IMG/VR virus record: IMGVR_UViG_3300041809_000086
Coordinates: 1 to 53,923 of that record
Direction: 5' to 3' (one strand)
Origin: a virus
Lineage: Duplodnaviria; Caudoviricetes
DNA: 53,923 nucleotides
The position numbers and the translations under genes are program-made. The notes under the pieces were generated by a model, which was not told the DNA's origin, did not search any database, and saw only the letters and a program-made list of their open reading frames with translations. Numbering within the stretch: the first letter of the stretch is position 1; every line of letters starts with the position of its first letter. Below are positions 38,506-48,800 of the stretch, in pieces.

Positions 38506-38708
38506 TCGAAGGTGTCTGCACGCATTGGCAAGGCTTTTTCGGCTTCATCGAAGGCGATGACGGCGTCAACTATTTTGCCCATCAGACGGCGATCCGCACC
38601 GCGAAGAAAGGCGAATTCCGCATGCTGATCCCCGGCGAGCGGTACAAGTTTCAAGTCGCGCAAGCAGAGCGCGGCCCGATGGCGATCGGCATCGTTCGGA
38701 TACTGTAA
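38502..38708 (+). CDS. Cold-shock domain (Csp-like) protein
   Basis: RNP1-like GFFGFI, RNP2-like YFAHQTAI, and L.PGE...F......RGP.A. Confidence 0.8.
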   Translation: MIEGVCTHWQGFFGFIEGDDGVNYFAHQTAIRTAKKGEFRMLIPGERYKFQVAQAERGPMAIGIVRIL

Positions 38709-38725
38709 GGAATACCAATATAAAA

Positions 38726-38751
38726 TTGACAGTACTGGCAATGTTGCCAGT
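38726..38751 (+). promoter_or_regulatory. Promoter/operator upstream of the primase
   Basis: TTGACA followed by the perfect dyad ACTGGCAA-tg-TTGCCAGT. Confidence 0.55.
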
Positions 38752-38808
38752 TTCGCAAACGAAAACGCGGGCGCATAATGCGCGGCCCTGCACGAAAGGC
38801 ACCACCCC

Positions 38809-40980
38809 ATGACAGCACGCATCATCGCAGCCGCCGTCGAATTAGCGCGCGTTGGATTTGGAATCATCCCCTGCAACTCTGACAAGACCCCCCGAATTCT
38901 CTGGAAACAATACGGCCCGATGCGAGACCCGGCCGTCATCGCCGCGTATTGGACGCTATGCCCCGATGCGCTGGTCGGCTACACGCCGCCCGAAGGCTGC
39001 ATGGTCGTCGATGTCGATCTTGCTGGCCTTGCAGGGCTGTCCGACTGGCCGTCCGGGGGTTGGCAGTACCGGACCCGCTCGGGCGGCCTGCACGCCGTTC
39101 TGGCCCTTCCGAAAGGCATTCAAGGCAAGACGGACACCGGTAAAGCCGCCCCCGGCGTTGACCGGCGCGGCCATATGTCCGGATACGCGATTGCATGGTT
39201 CCTGCACGGCTGCGAATTCACCGGTGACGGCGGGGCCTACCAGCCCGCGCCGGAATGGACATGGCGGGATCTGATCGGCCAGCGGGCCGCGACGAATTCC
39301 AAGCCCTTCGGGCTGTCCGAATCCGAGTTGCGCGCGCTGGCCGCGCGGGCGATCAAGCAGGCCGACCGATACGACAATTACGACGAATGGTTCCAACTCG
39401 GGATGATGCTGCACCACGAAACAGGCGGGTCAGAGCTCGGGCTTGAACTGTTCGACCAGATCAGCCGCGCCGCGCCGAAGTATGACCCGGCCGAAATCCC
39501 GAAGAAATGGCGCAGTTTCCGATCCGACGAAGGCGGCCTGCGCATTGCCAAGCTGATCGAGGACACCGGCTCCAAGGATCTGGCCCGCGCCAGCGGCGCG
39601 CGCGCGGCATTCCGGGAACAGGCGATCGCATCAGAAATTGATACATCATTAGCGCCAGAACGACAAAATGCCGTCGTCGTAAGCGCTGGGGCGACAGGCG
39701 AAGTCGTCGCCGCACTGGACGCTGCGGCCGATCAAGAAGCCCTAGCAACCGTCCTTCTTGACCACGGCGTTGCCTACAATCCGGATAAGGCATGGTTTTG
39801 GGGCACCGCGCAGAACGTGAATCTCGCCGTCCGCGTGCCCCTGCCCGGCGGGCACCGATACGCCTATGACACCTTCAAGTCCACGATCGTCTATCAGTGC
39901 CACGACGACCCAGCAGATGACGGCTGGCGCCCCCTGGACGATGTCGAAATCCACGAATGCCGCCAGCGCCTATTCGACGCGCGCTTCGATCCCGAGACGA
40001 CGATCACGAAAGTCCGGGACGCGATCTATCTACTCGCGCACCGCAACGAATTCGACAGTGCCCAAATGTGGCTCGATCGGCAAGTTTGGGACGGTGTCGA
40101 GCGTGTCCCGACCTTCATGCGCGATTATTGCGGGTCCGAAGACACGCCGTACAGCAACGCGATCAGCCGCTATCTATGGACCGCCGCCGCCGGGCGCATC
40201 ATCAGCCCCGGCTGCCAAGCCGACATGGTCGTCGCATGGATCAGCCCCGAGCAGGGCTTGCAAAAGTCGCAGAGCATCAAGGCGATGAATCCATCATGGG
40301 AGAACTACACGACGCTCAACCTTGCCGAGCGCGACGACAACCTGACGCGCAACACGTTCGGGATGCTGATCTGCGAATTGGGCGAAATGCGCGGCATCCT
40401 GAAGGGCGCCGACATCGAAGGCGTCAAAGTTTGGCTGACGAAGGGCGCGGATTTCCACGTCCCGAAGTACATACAGAACGGCTCGCTGATCGCCCGCCGA
40501 TTCGTCCTGATCGCCACGACGAACGAGGGCGAAATGCTGAACGACCCATCAGGCTCGCGCCGCTGGCTCCCGATCACCGTCACGAACAAGATGGACCCCG
40601 AGCGCATAGAACGCGACAGGGCGCAGCTATGGGCCGAAAGCGCCGTGCGCTTCAAGTCCTTGGCTGACGGGACCGTCCGCAACACGCGCGGCCGTGCGGA
40701 CTATCAGGACGCGGAGCGTTTAGCCCGCGATCGGGCGGCCGAATTCACCGTGTACGACGAAATGACGCCGTCGATCGAGGAACATATCGCCAAGATCGTC
40801 GTCGGGGGCGTCTTCGCGGGCCGCGATCTTTGGGGACACTTGGGCCTGCCCGCGCAAACCGGCGGCGGGAGCGTCATGGATAAGCGGATTCAAGGAATTC
40901 TGCGTTCGCTTGGGTATGAGCAGAAATTGATGAGACATCCGGCGACAGACAAGGTCGCAAGACTATGGAGAAGGAAATGA
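38809..40980 (+). CDS. Primase-helicase (Prim-Pol + PriCT-2 + VapE-like SF3 helicase)
   Basis: VVDVD and TRSGGLH (Prim-Pol); YDEWFQLGM.LH...KW.SF (PriCT-2); WDGVER, EQGLQKS, ELGEM, TTN and DPSGSRRW (VapE). Confidence 0.88.
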   Translation: MTARIIAAAVELARVGFGIIPCNSDKTPRILWKQYGPMRDPAVIAAYWTLCPDALVGYTPPEGCMVVDVDLAGLAGLSDWPSGGWQYRTRSGGLHAVLALPKGIQGKTDTGKAAPGVDRRGHMSGYAIAWFLHGCEFTGDGGAYQPAPEWTWRDLIGQRAATNSKPFGLSESELRALAARAIKQADRYDNYDEWFQLGMMLHHETGGSELGLELFDQISRAAPKYDPAEIPKKWRSFRSDEGGLRIAKLIEDTGSKDLARASGARAAFREQAIASEIDTSLAPERQNAVVVSAGATGEVVAALDAAADQEALATVLLDHGVAYNPDKAWFWGTAQNVNLAVRVPLPGGHRYAYDTFKSTIVYQCHDDPADDGWRPLDDVEIHECRQRLFDARFDPETTITKVRDAIYLLAHRNEFDSAQMWLDRQVWDGVERVPTFMRDYCGSEDTPYSNAISRYLWTAAAGRIISPGCQADMVVAWISPEQGLQKSQSIKAMNPSWENYTTLNLAERDDNLTRNTFGMLICELGEMRGILKGADIEGVKVWLTKGADFHVPKYIQNGSLIARRFVLIATTNEGEMLNDPSGSRRWLPITVTNKMDPERIERDRAQLWAESAVRFKSLADGTVRNTRGRADYQDAERLARDRAAEFTVYDEMTPSIEEHIAKIVVGGVFAGRDLWGHLGLPAQTGGGSVMDKRIQGILRSLGYEQKLMRHPATDKVARLWRRK

Positions 40981-41243
40981 GAACGATTCAAGAAATCCTT
41001 GAAGACGAACAAGCGGTCGACCGCGCGAAATTCGTCGCCGCTTTGACAGCCGCGAACGCGATGGCGGACTCGAAAGAAGTCACGCTTTGGCGTGCGCGCT
41101 GCGCCGCAGCATTGCAAAAATGGGATCGTCTCAGGCGTTACGACCGGGTGTTACACGCTTTTCTGATCGATGCGCAAAATCTTGCTAATGGCAATCGCAA
41201 ACTTAAATTGTCCGGGCGCAGCGTTCATGTAACACCTATGTAA
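40977..41243 (+). CDS. Hypothetical protein
   Basis: ATGA overlap with the primase gene. Confidence 0.5.
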   Translation: MRTIQEILEDEQAVDRAKFVAALTAANAMADSKEVTLWRARCAAALQKWDRLRRYDRVLHAFLIDAQNLANGNRKLKLSGRSVHVTPM

Positions 41244-41413
41244 CACCTAGATTTTCGCGCAAGTCTCTGATTTCTTTGCATTTTCTCTTGTAACACTCCC
41301 TACACTCCTATGTTGACTTGGAAATAGATAACTAGCCTAAAGTAAGTACTAACATTAGGGGGTAGTTGTATGGCTAGTAACATAAAGGAAATTACCCGTT
41401 ACAGCGTTACAAC
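41227..41413. other. Putative replication origin or packaging region (AT-rich, GTAACA iterons)
   Basis: atgtaacacct twice, tgtaacac, gtaaca, inverted gttaca twice, and an IHF-consensus match at 41260-41272. Lies between the primase-helicase and the terminase. Confidence 0.6.
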
Positions 41414-41596
41414 CCGGCGCCACGGTTTTCGGCTACGCCGGGCCTTTCCTGGCCGTAATGCTCGATCCGGCATATGCGAATCACGTTGAATTCGGTCTAA
41501 TTGTGCATATGCCAGATCACGCATACGCGGGACCAGCGGCGCCCGCCCGGCATGTTACAGTTGCCAAAAATGGGCACAAATAGGCGGGCGGGCGCG

Positions 41597-41890
41597 ATGG
41601 CTAGGACACCGGGATCAGGGCGGGCGAAGGGGACACCGAACAAACTAACGGCAGAGATTCGGGCGATCCTTGGCGAGTTTGGGCCAAAGATCATCCGGGA
41701 TCAATGCTACCTTGCCGCGCTCGACGTGCCGCCCGGCACCGACCCGGCGATGACGAAATTCCTGATGGATAAGAAGCAGGCCGCGACGGAGCTACTCGCG
41801 CCTTACATCATGCCCAAGCAAGCCCCGGTCGATGAAAGCGGACAGGCGCAATCGATAACGTTCAAGATCGACAAGGATGACGCAGAATGA
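41597..41890 (+). CDS. terS: Putative terminase small subunit
   Basis: GSGRAKGTPNKLT motif; upstream of terL. Confidence 0.55.
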   Translation: MARTPGSGRAKGTPNKLTAEIRAILGEFGPKIIRDQCYLAALDVPPGTDPAMTKFLMDKKQAATELLAPYIMPKQAPVDESGQAQSITFKIDKDDAE

Positions 41891-42038
41891 AAGTCTTATG
41901 CCAAGTAGCAGGCCGCTACACGCTGCAACTGGAATCGATGGGCGACATCGGCTTCGCCAACGCAACGCAACCGATGGCGGCCCGCAGTTGGGGCAAGGGT
42001 GAAATCATCGAAGTCGCGGACATCAAGGAAGTTGACCC

Positions 42039-43436
42039 GTGGCTACTGTCCTCGAACTGACCGATGAATCCGGCCAGCCGATAGGGGGCAAGCTACACGA
42101 CGCCCAAATTATCGCGAACAAGATGCTCGGCGGGACTGTCCCGCATGTCATGCTGTTCGGCGGCGCGCGCTCGGGCAAGACGTTCCTAATCGTCCGTCGC
42201 ATCATCAGTCGCGCATTGCAGGCGTCAGGCTCGCGCCATCTGATCGCGCGGTTCCGATTCAATAGCGTAAACGCTTCGGTCATCAATGACACGTTCCCCA
42301 AGGTGTTGGCGACTTGCTTCCCCGGCGTCGAAGGCAAGCTGAACAAGTCGGACTGGTTTTACGAATTCGGCAACGGGTCGCAGATATGGTTCGCGGGCCT
42401 TGATGACAAGGAACGAACCGAAAAGATCCTCGGGATGGAATTCGCGACGATCTTCTTGAACGAGTGCAGCCAGATTCCCAAGGGTTCGCGCGACATCGTT
42501 GTCACGCGCTTGGCGCAAGTCGCATACCTTGACGCTGATCCCGAGCGCATGTTGCCGCTGAAGATGTTCTACGATGAAAACCCGCCGACTAAGGGGCATT
42601 GGACGCACAAGATGTTTGTCGAGAAGAAAGACCCCGAGACAAAGAAACACTACGAACCCGATCAGGCCGCGCGGTTCACGGCCATGCAGATCAACCCCGA
42701 GTCGAACGCGGAGAACTTGCCCGCATCGTTCTTCGATGAAATGCGCGGACTGTCGCAGCGCTTGCAGCGTCGCTTCTTGCGAGGCGAATTCGCTGATGAC
42801 AACCCCGATGCGCTGTTCCGGGAAGAACTGATCGACCGTTGGCGCGTCGTCGATGGCGAACCGCTGCCCGACTTCGTTCGCATCGTCGTGGCCGTGGACC
42901 CGAGCGGGGCCAGCGGGAAGGAAGATGAAACGAACGACGCGATCGGGATCGTGGTCGGCGGCCTTGGCGCCAACGGGATCGGCTACATCCTCGAAGACTT
43001 GACCGGCCAGTATTCGCCCGGCGTTTGGGGCAAGATCGTCGCAAATGCGGTAGCCCGGTATGACGCGGATATGGTAGTCGGGGAAGCGAATTTCGGCGGT
43101 GACATGGTCCGCCACGTCGTACAATCGGCTGCACCGGCTGGCAAGAGAATACCCTACAAAGCAGTTACAGCCAGCAGGGGCAAGGTAGTCCGCGCCGAGC
43201 CTGTTTCCAGTCTGTACGAAGACGGCAGGGTTCGGCACGCGGGCATCTTCATGAACTTGGAAGACGAATTGACGGGCTTTTCAACGAAAGGCTACATGGG
43301 CGAAGGAAGCCCGAACCGCGCGGACGCCGCGATCTGGCTATGCGCAGAGTTGTTCCCCGGAATCATCGCCCCGCGTAAAAGCGGCAGCGGACCACCACGG
43401 CCGGACCTAGATCGGCCGAACAATTGGAGCGCATGA
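42039..43436 (+). CDS. terL: Terminase large subunit
   Basis: Walker A GGARSGKT, Walker B IFLNE, DENPP, nuclease VAVDPS, E.NFGG, GK..RAEP and SPNRADA. Confidence 0.92.
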   Translation: MATVLELTDESGQPIGGKLHDAQIIANKMLGGTVPHVMLFGGARSGKTFLIVRRIISRALQASGSRHLIARFRFNSVNASVINDTFPKVLATCFPGVEGKLNKSDWFYEFGNGSQIWFAGLDDKERTEKILGMEFATIFLNECSQIPKGSRDIVVTRLAQVAYLDADPERMLPLKMFYDENPPTKGHWTHKMFVEKKDPETKKHYEPDQAARFTAMQINPESNAENLPASFFDEMRGLSQRLQRRFLRGEFADDNPDALFREELIDRWRVVDGEPLPDFVRIVVAVDPSGASGKEDETNDAIGIVVGGLGANGIGYILEDLTGQYSPGVWGKIVANAVARYDADMVVGEANFGGDMVRHVVQSAAPAGKRIPYKAVTASRGKVVRAEPVSSLYEDGRVRHAGIFMNLEDELTGFSTKGYMGEGSPNRADAAIWLCAELFPGIIAPRKSGSGPPRPDLDRPNNWSA

Positions 43437-43437
43437 C

Positions 43438-43986
43438 ATGAACGTATACGACACCCCGGCGGGATATCGCCAGCAAGAATCCCATCGCTTGAATCTGCGC
43501 GACATTCAGCGCGACAACTATTACGGCAATACGTCGATGCCGCTCGGGATGACCCTAACGCATCGGCTGACCGGGATTCAAGTCAAAGGCACCGGACGCC
43601 CCGACAACAATCGGCGCGATACAGGATGGAAGCTATTCGAAGAACTACTGGGCATCATGGAACGGGTCGTCGCGCAAGCCGAATACGACAAGGAAGATCC
43701 CGAGGGCGTCGCCGCGCGGGCCAAGATCGACATCGAAATCATGCGCAAGGAAGTCGAAGGCCGCTTGATAGCGATCGGCAAGAATCCGAACGATCTGATC
43801 GCCATTCAGGAAAAGAAGGACGCCGACATCCGCATCGAAGCGCTCGAAGCGCTTGTCGCCAGCCTGACAAAGAAGATGGCGGACGACGAAGCGTCCAAGA
43901 AAGACGCGCGGATCGCTGAACTTGAGGCGAAGCTGTTCGCGGCCACGGCCACCGCCGCCCCGGCCACGCTGCACGCCAAGAAATGA
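43438..43986 (+). CDS. Hypothetical coiled-coil protein
   Basis: ORF directly after terL. Confidence 0.55.
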   Translation: MNVYDTPAGYRQQESHRLNLRDIQRDNYYGNTSMPLGMTLTHRLTGIQVKGTGRPDNNRRDTGWKLFEELLGIMERVVAQAEYDKEDPEGVAARAKIDIEIMRKEVEGRLIAIGKNPNDLIAIQEKKDADIRIEALEALVASLTKKMADDEASKKDARIAELEAKLFAATATAAPATLHAKK

Positions 43987-44671
43987 ACGCCCATCCTTAT
44001 CGCCAACTCTGCGCGGAGATTGAAGCCGAACGGCTGATTGCGTTCCTGCGTAAGACTCCGGCGCGGTTTGGCGAACAGCGGGCGTGTGCGGCATGGGAGT
44101 TGCTGAAAGTCTTGAAGGAATGCAGGCGCGAACGAGTCGTCAAGATGCTCGAAGACGAAGCGGAAGAACAGGAAGTCGAGTCGCCAGCGCTGCGCATTCG
44201 AAAGGTGAACAGTCAGCCGATCCCGCTGGAAATGCGAACAATCTTGTCGCTGATTCAGCAGGCGCTACAGGACAGCCACGGCGGCGTGGCGCAGATCGAG
44301 CAAGAGCAACCGAGAATCAGGAAGGTAAAGCAATGATGGATATCCACCTAGAAGGCCAGCGCCAGCACGTCGCCGATGTCTTGGAGCGTGCAGCCGAGTC
44401 CGGCCCCGACGAAGCGACACTGTTGCGCGAATTCTATGGCAATTGGGTCCGCTTCCATCGGACGAAGAACTTGCAGGCCCGCGTGATGAAGGCCGAGCAG
44501 GCTTTGCCCGAGTCGCACCGGACGAAGTTCGACGTTGACGCCTTGGCCTACCTTGCGCAAAAGCTGATCGAAGGCCATCACGCGATCGAGGAAGCGCGGG
44601 CGGCGCGCGGCGCCGAGACGGCCAGCATTCGGCCGAGCGACAGCGAAGTCGCGGCGGCCAGCGGGGCGTAA
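43983..44671 (+). CDS. Two hypothetical proteins (43983-44336, 44333-44671)
   Basis: ATGA-coupled ORFs between terL and portal. Confidence 0.5.
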
Positions 44672-44853
44672 AATGTTCTTTCTGCCGCACGTCCCCGGTT
44701 GGGTCGCGTTTTACTGCGCGATCGCCGCGTGCGGCCTGCTTCAATGGATTGAAAGCTAGTTCGTGATATACTGAAAGCGGAGCGCGGCAATCATAAGGGG
44801 CGTGGCTAACGCGCAGCCGCATGCGCCCCTACCCAACAATAAGAAGCCTGACA

Positions 44854-47001
44854 ATGGCCGAAGACACCCGAACCGACGAAATGGCATCGCCCGAAACCGG
44901 GCAAGACGATGTCTGCGCCGAAGCGATTCGGTTCCTGCGCAAGTCGGCCGACTACGATTCGACGAATCGGCAGAACGCGCTCGATGATCTGCGGTTCAGC
45001 TACGGCGAGCAATGGTCCGCGCAGATGCAGAACACGCGCCACCTTGAAGCGCGGCCGTGGTTCACGATCAATGTCACCGAGGCGTTCGTCCGTCAGGTTT
45101 GCAATCAGCAGCGCCAACAGCGCCCGCGCATGAAGGCGCATGGCGTCAACACGGCGGCCAATGCCAAGCAGGCCGAAATCGTCACCGGGTTGACGCGCCA
45201 TATCGAAGAACTGTCGGACGCCGCGAACGCATACGATACTGCGTTCGAATTCGCCTGCCGTATGGGTTGGGGATACATCAGGCTTGACGGCGACTATGCC
45301 GACGACAAGTCGATGGATCAGGAAATCTTCATTCGCACCGTTGACAATCCGTTCTCGGTGTACTTCGATCACAATTCGCACGCGCTTGATGGGTCCGACG
45401 CGACGAAATGCATTATCACGGACCTTGTTGATAAGAACGAATTCTTGCACGAATTCCCCGGCGCGGATCTATCCGCGTTCAGCCTGCGCGCCGCCGGCGA
45501 CGCGATGGGCGAATGGAACGACAAGAACAATATTCGGATCGCCGAGTACTATCGCATTGACAAACAGCGGGCAAGGCTCGTTCAATTGTCCGATGGCTCG
45601 ACGCATTGGGACGACGAACTGCCCGCGCCCGCTGTCCTGCAAAACATGCAGTTGAAAGTAAAGGGCGATCGCCTGTCATGGAAGCGCCGCGTTCTCTGGT
45701 CGAAGATCACCGGGACACAAGAACTGGACTCGCGCGTCATCCCCGGTTGCTATATCCCCGTCGTGCCGGTGTACTTCGCAAATCTGTTCATCGACGGCCG
45801 CACGCGCCGGTTTGGGATCGTCCGCAATGCCAAAGATCCGCAGCGTATGCTGAACTATTGGGATACCGCGATCGCCGAACTGGTCGCGCTAGCCCCGAAG
45901 GCGAAATGGCTAGTTGCCGAAGGCCAAGTCCAAGGTCATGAGCGTGAATGGGAACGCGCGAACACGGTTTCATATCCGTACCTGACTTATGTCCCGATTC
46001 TCGGACCAGACGGCCAGCCCGTTCCGCCGCCCGAGCGTTTGCCCATCGAACAGCCGCCGGAAGGGGCCATGGCCGCCGCACAGAACGCACACGACAACTT
46101 GCAGCGCGTGCTGGGCATGTTCGACCCATCGATGACCCGGCCCGGCCAAGCGAGCGGGAAGGCGTTGAACGCCGAGCAACAGCAAAACGACATGTCGAAC
46201 TATCACGGCTATGACAACCTGACGAAGTCGATCAAGCACGTCGGGCGAATCATCATGTCGTGGATTCCGATCTATTACGGCGAAAAGCGCGTTCAGCGCA
46301 TCATCGGCGTCGATGGTAAGCCCGACATCTTGACGCTGAATCTTGCCGATGAAACCGGCGTCGTGGCTAACGATATGACGCTCGGACGTTACGACGTGAT
46401 AATGGAGACGGGTCCAGGATTCAACAGCCGTCGCCAAGAGGCCGTCGAAGCGTTGACGCCGCTAATGGCCGACGGTCGCAATGGACTGATGCAGACAGCG
46501 GGCGATCTGTTCTTCCGGAACATGGATTTCCCCGGCGCCGACATCATCGCCGACCGTCTCGCGGCCGTGAACCCGTTGTCGCAGATCGACGAAAAGTCGG
46601 ACGTTCCGCCCGCGATCCAAATGAAGATTCAGCAGTTGACGCAGAACGTGCAGCAGTTGACGCAGCAACTCCAATCCGCACACTTGCTCTTGAAGAATCG
46701 CGCCGATGTCGAAGGCATGAAGGAAGCCGCCGCATCGCACCGTGAGACGATCAAGCAGGATGCCGAAACCGATCGCAAGAAGATGGATGTCGAGGCTTGG
46801 GTCCACGAAATCAGCATGAAGGCGCAGACGGCGACGAATGTCGAGGAATTGAAGGGCGTCGTCGCGTTGCTGGTCAAGGGCATCGACACGAAACATCTTC
46901 ACATTCAAGCCGCGCTTGATGACGCAATGGCGGAACGCCAAAGCGAGCGCGACATCGCACAGATTCAGGCAACACCGAAACCCGCTGCGGGCGCAGCGTA
47001 A
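44854..47001 (+). CDS. Portal protein (P22 gp1-like)
   Basis: DDLRF..GEQW, RP..TIN, G.GYIR, DGSDA, PG.YIPVVPV, KDPQRM.NYW, SGKAL, GRYDV....GP....RRQEA; about 715 aa with a helical tail. Confidence 0.92.
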   Translation: MAEDTRTDEMASPETGQDDVCAEAIRFLRKSADYDSTNRQNALDDLRFSYGEQWSAQMQNTRHLEARPWFTINVTEAFVRQVCNQQRQQRPRMKAHGVNTAANAKQAEIVTGLTRHIEELSDAANAYDTAFEFACRMGWGYIRLDGDYADDKSMDQEIFIRTVDNPFSVYFDHNSHALDGSDATKCIITDLVDKNEFLHEFPGADLSAFSLRAAGDAMGEWNDKNNIRIAEYYRIDKQRARLVQLSDGSTHWDDELPAPAVLQNMQLKVKGDRLSWKRRVLWSKITGTQELDSRVIPGCYIPVVPVYFANLFIDGRTRRFGIVRNAKDPQRMLNYWDTAIAELVALAPKAKWLVAEGQVQGHEREWERANTVSYPYLTYVPILGPDGQPVPPPERLPIEQPPEGAMAAAQNAHDNLQRVLGMFDPSMTRPGQASGKALNAEQQQNDMSNYHGYDNLTKSIKHVGRIIMSWIPIYYGEKRVQRIIGVDGKPDILTLNLADETGVVANDMTLGRYDVIMETGPGFNSRRQEAVEALTPLMADGRNGLMQTAGDLFFRNMDFPGADIIADRLAAVNPLSQIDEKSDVPPAIQMKIQQLTQNVQQLTQQLQSAHLLLKNRADVEGMKEAAASHRETIKQDAETDRKKMDVEAWVHEISMKAQTATNVEELKGVVALLVKGIDTKHLHIQAALDDAMAERQSERDIAQIQATPKPAAGAA

Positions 47002-47067
47002 AACGCCCCCGTCACCCGACGATTCGGGGAAAATCCGCTCGGCACGATGCCGCGCTAACGACAAGGA

Positions 47068-48213
47068 ATGAACATGGCAATCAAGACTATGACTTCGTCA
47101 TCGACGGACCCATCACAAAACAACATCGCCGAGTTTACGGTTGACTTCAATGCTACTCGCGCGGCCAAAGGCAAGGCCACGGCGCAGCCCGGCCAGTACA
47201 TCGCGGCAGGCAAGAGGATCGACAACGCAGCCGACGCCGCCGCAGCCGACGCCGCAGCCGACAAGGCCAAGGCCGCCGCAGATGCAGCCGCAGCCGCCGC
47301 AGCAGGCGACAAAAAGGCCAAGCCCGGCGAACTTGACGATCTGCATGAAGAAGCTGACGCCGCCAAGAAGAAAAGCGGCCTTGACGAACGCTTCAACAAG
47401 CTGACGACCGCCCGCAAGGAAGCCGAACGCCAGCGCGATGAAGCGACAGCTCGCGCCGACGCGCTACAAGCCCAAATCGACGCCGCCCAAGCGGTCAAGG
47501 ATGCGGCCGCCGCAGCCAAGCCCGCACCCAAGGCCGAAGACTTCAAGACAGCCGAAGAATACGCCGACGCCCTGGCCGACTTCAAAGTCGAGAAGAAATT
47601 GGCGGAAAAGGCCAAAGCGGACGCCAAAGCGGCCTTGGAGGCGGCGAACTTGCAAGTCGTGAACGATTGGAACAAGCGCGTCGTTCAGGCCCGCAAGGAC
47701 ATCCCGGACTATGACGAAGTCACGACCGACAGCCCGGTTCCCGTGACGGACTTCCTGAAGGCGCAATTGATGGAATCCGAAGTCGGCCCGCATATCCTGC
47801 ATTGGCTGGCCCAACACCCGCAGCGCGCGACCGACATCAACAAGATGGCGAACGAAGGCAACTTCAAAGGCGCGCTGATTTCGTTCGGCAAGCTGGCCGC
47901 GCGCATCGAAGACGACATCGACGCGCAAAAGAACGAAAAGGATGACGCGGTCAAGAAAGACGCCAAGGCCAAGGCCGACGCCAAAGCCGCTGAGGAAGCC
48001 TCTGCGGCCGCTGCAAAGGCCGGTAAAGCCGCCGAAATCCCCGGCATGACCACTACGAGCCGCGCCAAGCCGCCCGAGCCTATAAGCCGGATTAGCGGCA
48101 CTGGCGAGAATGCAGCCGTCGCCGGGGCCGAACATCTGTTCGACGCGAATGGCAACTTCACCGGGACGCCGAAGCAATGGCGGGCGCTCCGGGCAGCCGG
48201 GAAGATCAACTGA
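47068..48213 (+). CDS. Scaffolding protein
   Basis: Ala/Lys/Asp-rich helix, ERFNKLT..RKEAER, P..EDF...EEY..AL, PDYDEV, S.VGP.I...LA..P, PPEPI; follows the portal. Confidence 0.75.
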   Translation: MNMAIKTMTSSSTDPSQNNIAEFTVDFNATRAAKGKATAQPGQYIAAGKRIDNAADAAAADAAADKAKAAADAAAAAAAGDKKAKPGELDDLHEEADAAKKKSGLDERFNKLTTARKEAERQRDEATARADALQAQIDAAQAVKDAAAAAKPAPKAEDFKTAEEYADALADFKVEKKLAEKAKADAKAALEAANLQVVNDWNKRVVQARKDIPDYDEVTTDSPVPVTDFLKAQLMESEVGPHILHWLAQHPQRATDINKMANEGNFKGALISFGKLAARIEDDIDAQKNEKDDAVKKDAKAKADAKAAEEASAAAAKAGKAAEIPGMTTTSRAKPPEPISRISGTGENAAVAGAEHLFDANGNFTGTPKQWRALRAAGKIN

Positions 48214-48659
48214 TGGAACAATCCCCGCCCCCGGCGGCCGGTTGGCCGCAGATGAAACACGGCGAAGAAGCGGAGCGCGAGCGGCAGGAACGCGAGCAGA
48301 ACGCTACGGAATGCTGGCCGCCCGCGCAGCCGACGAACGTCGAGAACAAGGCTCCGGCCGCGCACGTAAGCGAAGTCCCGCCGGTCGATAACGCCTATTG
48401 GCCGAAGGCCGTTGAATCGGTGCAGCAAGACAAGCGCCCGGCGGTCAACGGAACCGACACGACGCCCGCCGACCCGAAGTTCTGGTCGCCCTTCATCGAA
48501 ACCGCGCCGGGCTATGCGCCCGCGCGCAATGGCGTCGATATCCCCGAGCATCGGGAAATCCCGCCGACTCCGAGCGAAATCGGGGCCAAGGCGGGCGAAG
48601 GCTTCTTGCAGCGTCAGCAACGCGAGCGCGACGCCGCGCTGCGCCGGAAACGCCGATGA
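48213..48659 (+). CDS. Hypothetical Pro/Glu-rich protein
   Basis: TGATG coupling to the scaffold gene; recurring WP motifs. Confidence 0.55.
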   Translation: MEQSPPPAAGWPQMKHGEEAERERQEREQNATECWPPAQPTNVENKAPAAHVSEVPPVDNAYWPKAVESVQQDKRPAVNGTDTTPADPKFWSPFIETAPGYAPARNGVDIPEHREIPPTPSEIGAKAGEGFLQRQQRERDAALRRKRR

Positions 48660-48800
48660 TAAATCGAAGGCAAGTGTGCGAAGTCTGCGGCCACCCGGCA
48701 AGATACGGTTTTGCCGGGTCGTGGACTTGCTCGCAAGCCTGTTTTCAAAGTTGGACGATCGCGAGCATCAATGCCGCGCTCGCGATAAGGAAGGCCGCAA

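Noticed and set aside
42440-42470. Terminase Walker B reads IFLNE instead of hhhhDE
   Set aside because: NE variants occur in other large terminases and the remaining motifs are intact, so this is not evidence of inactivation.
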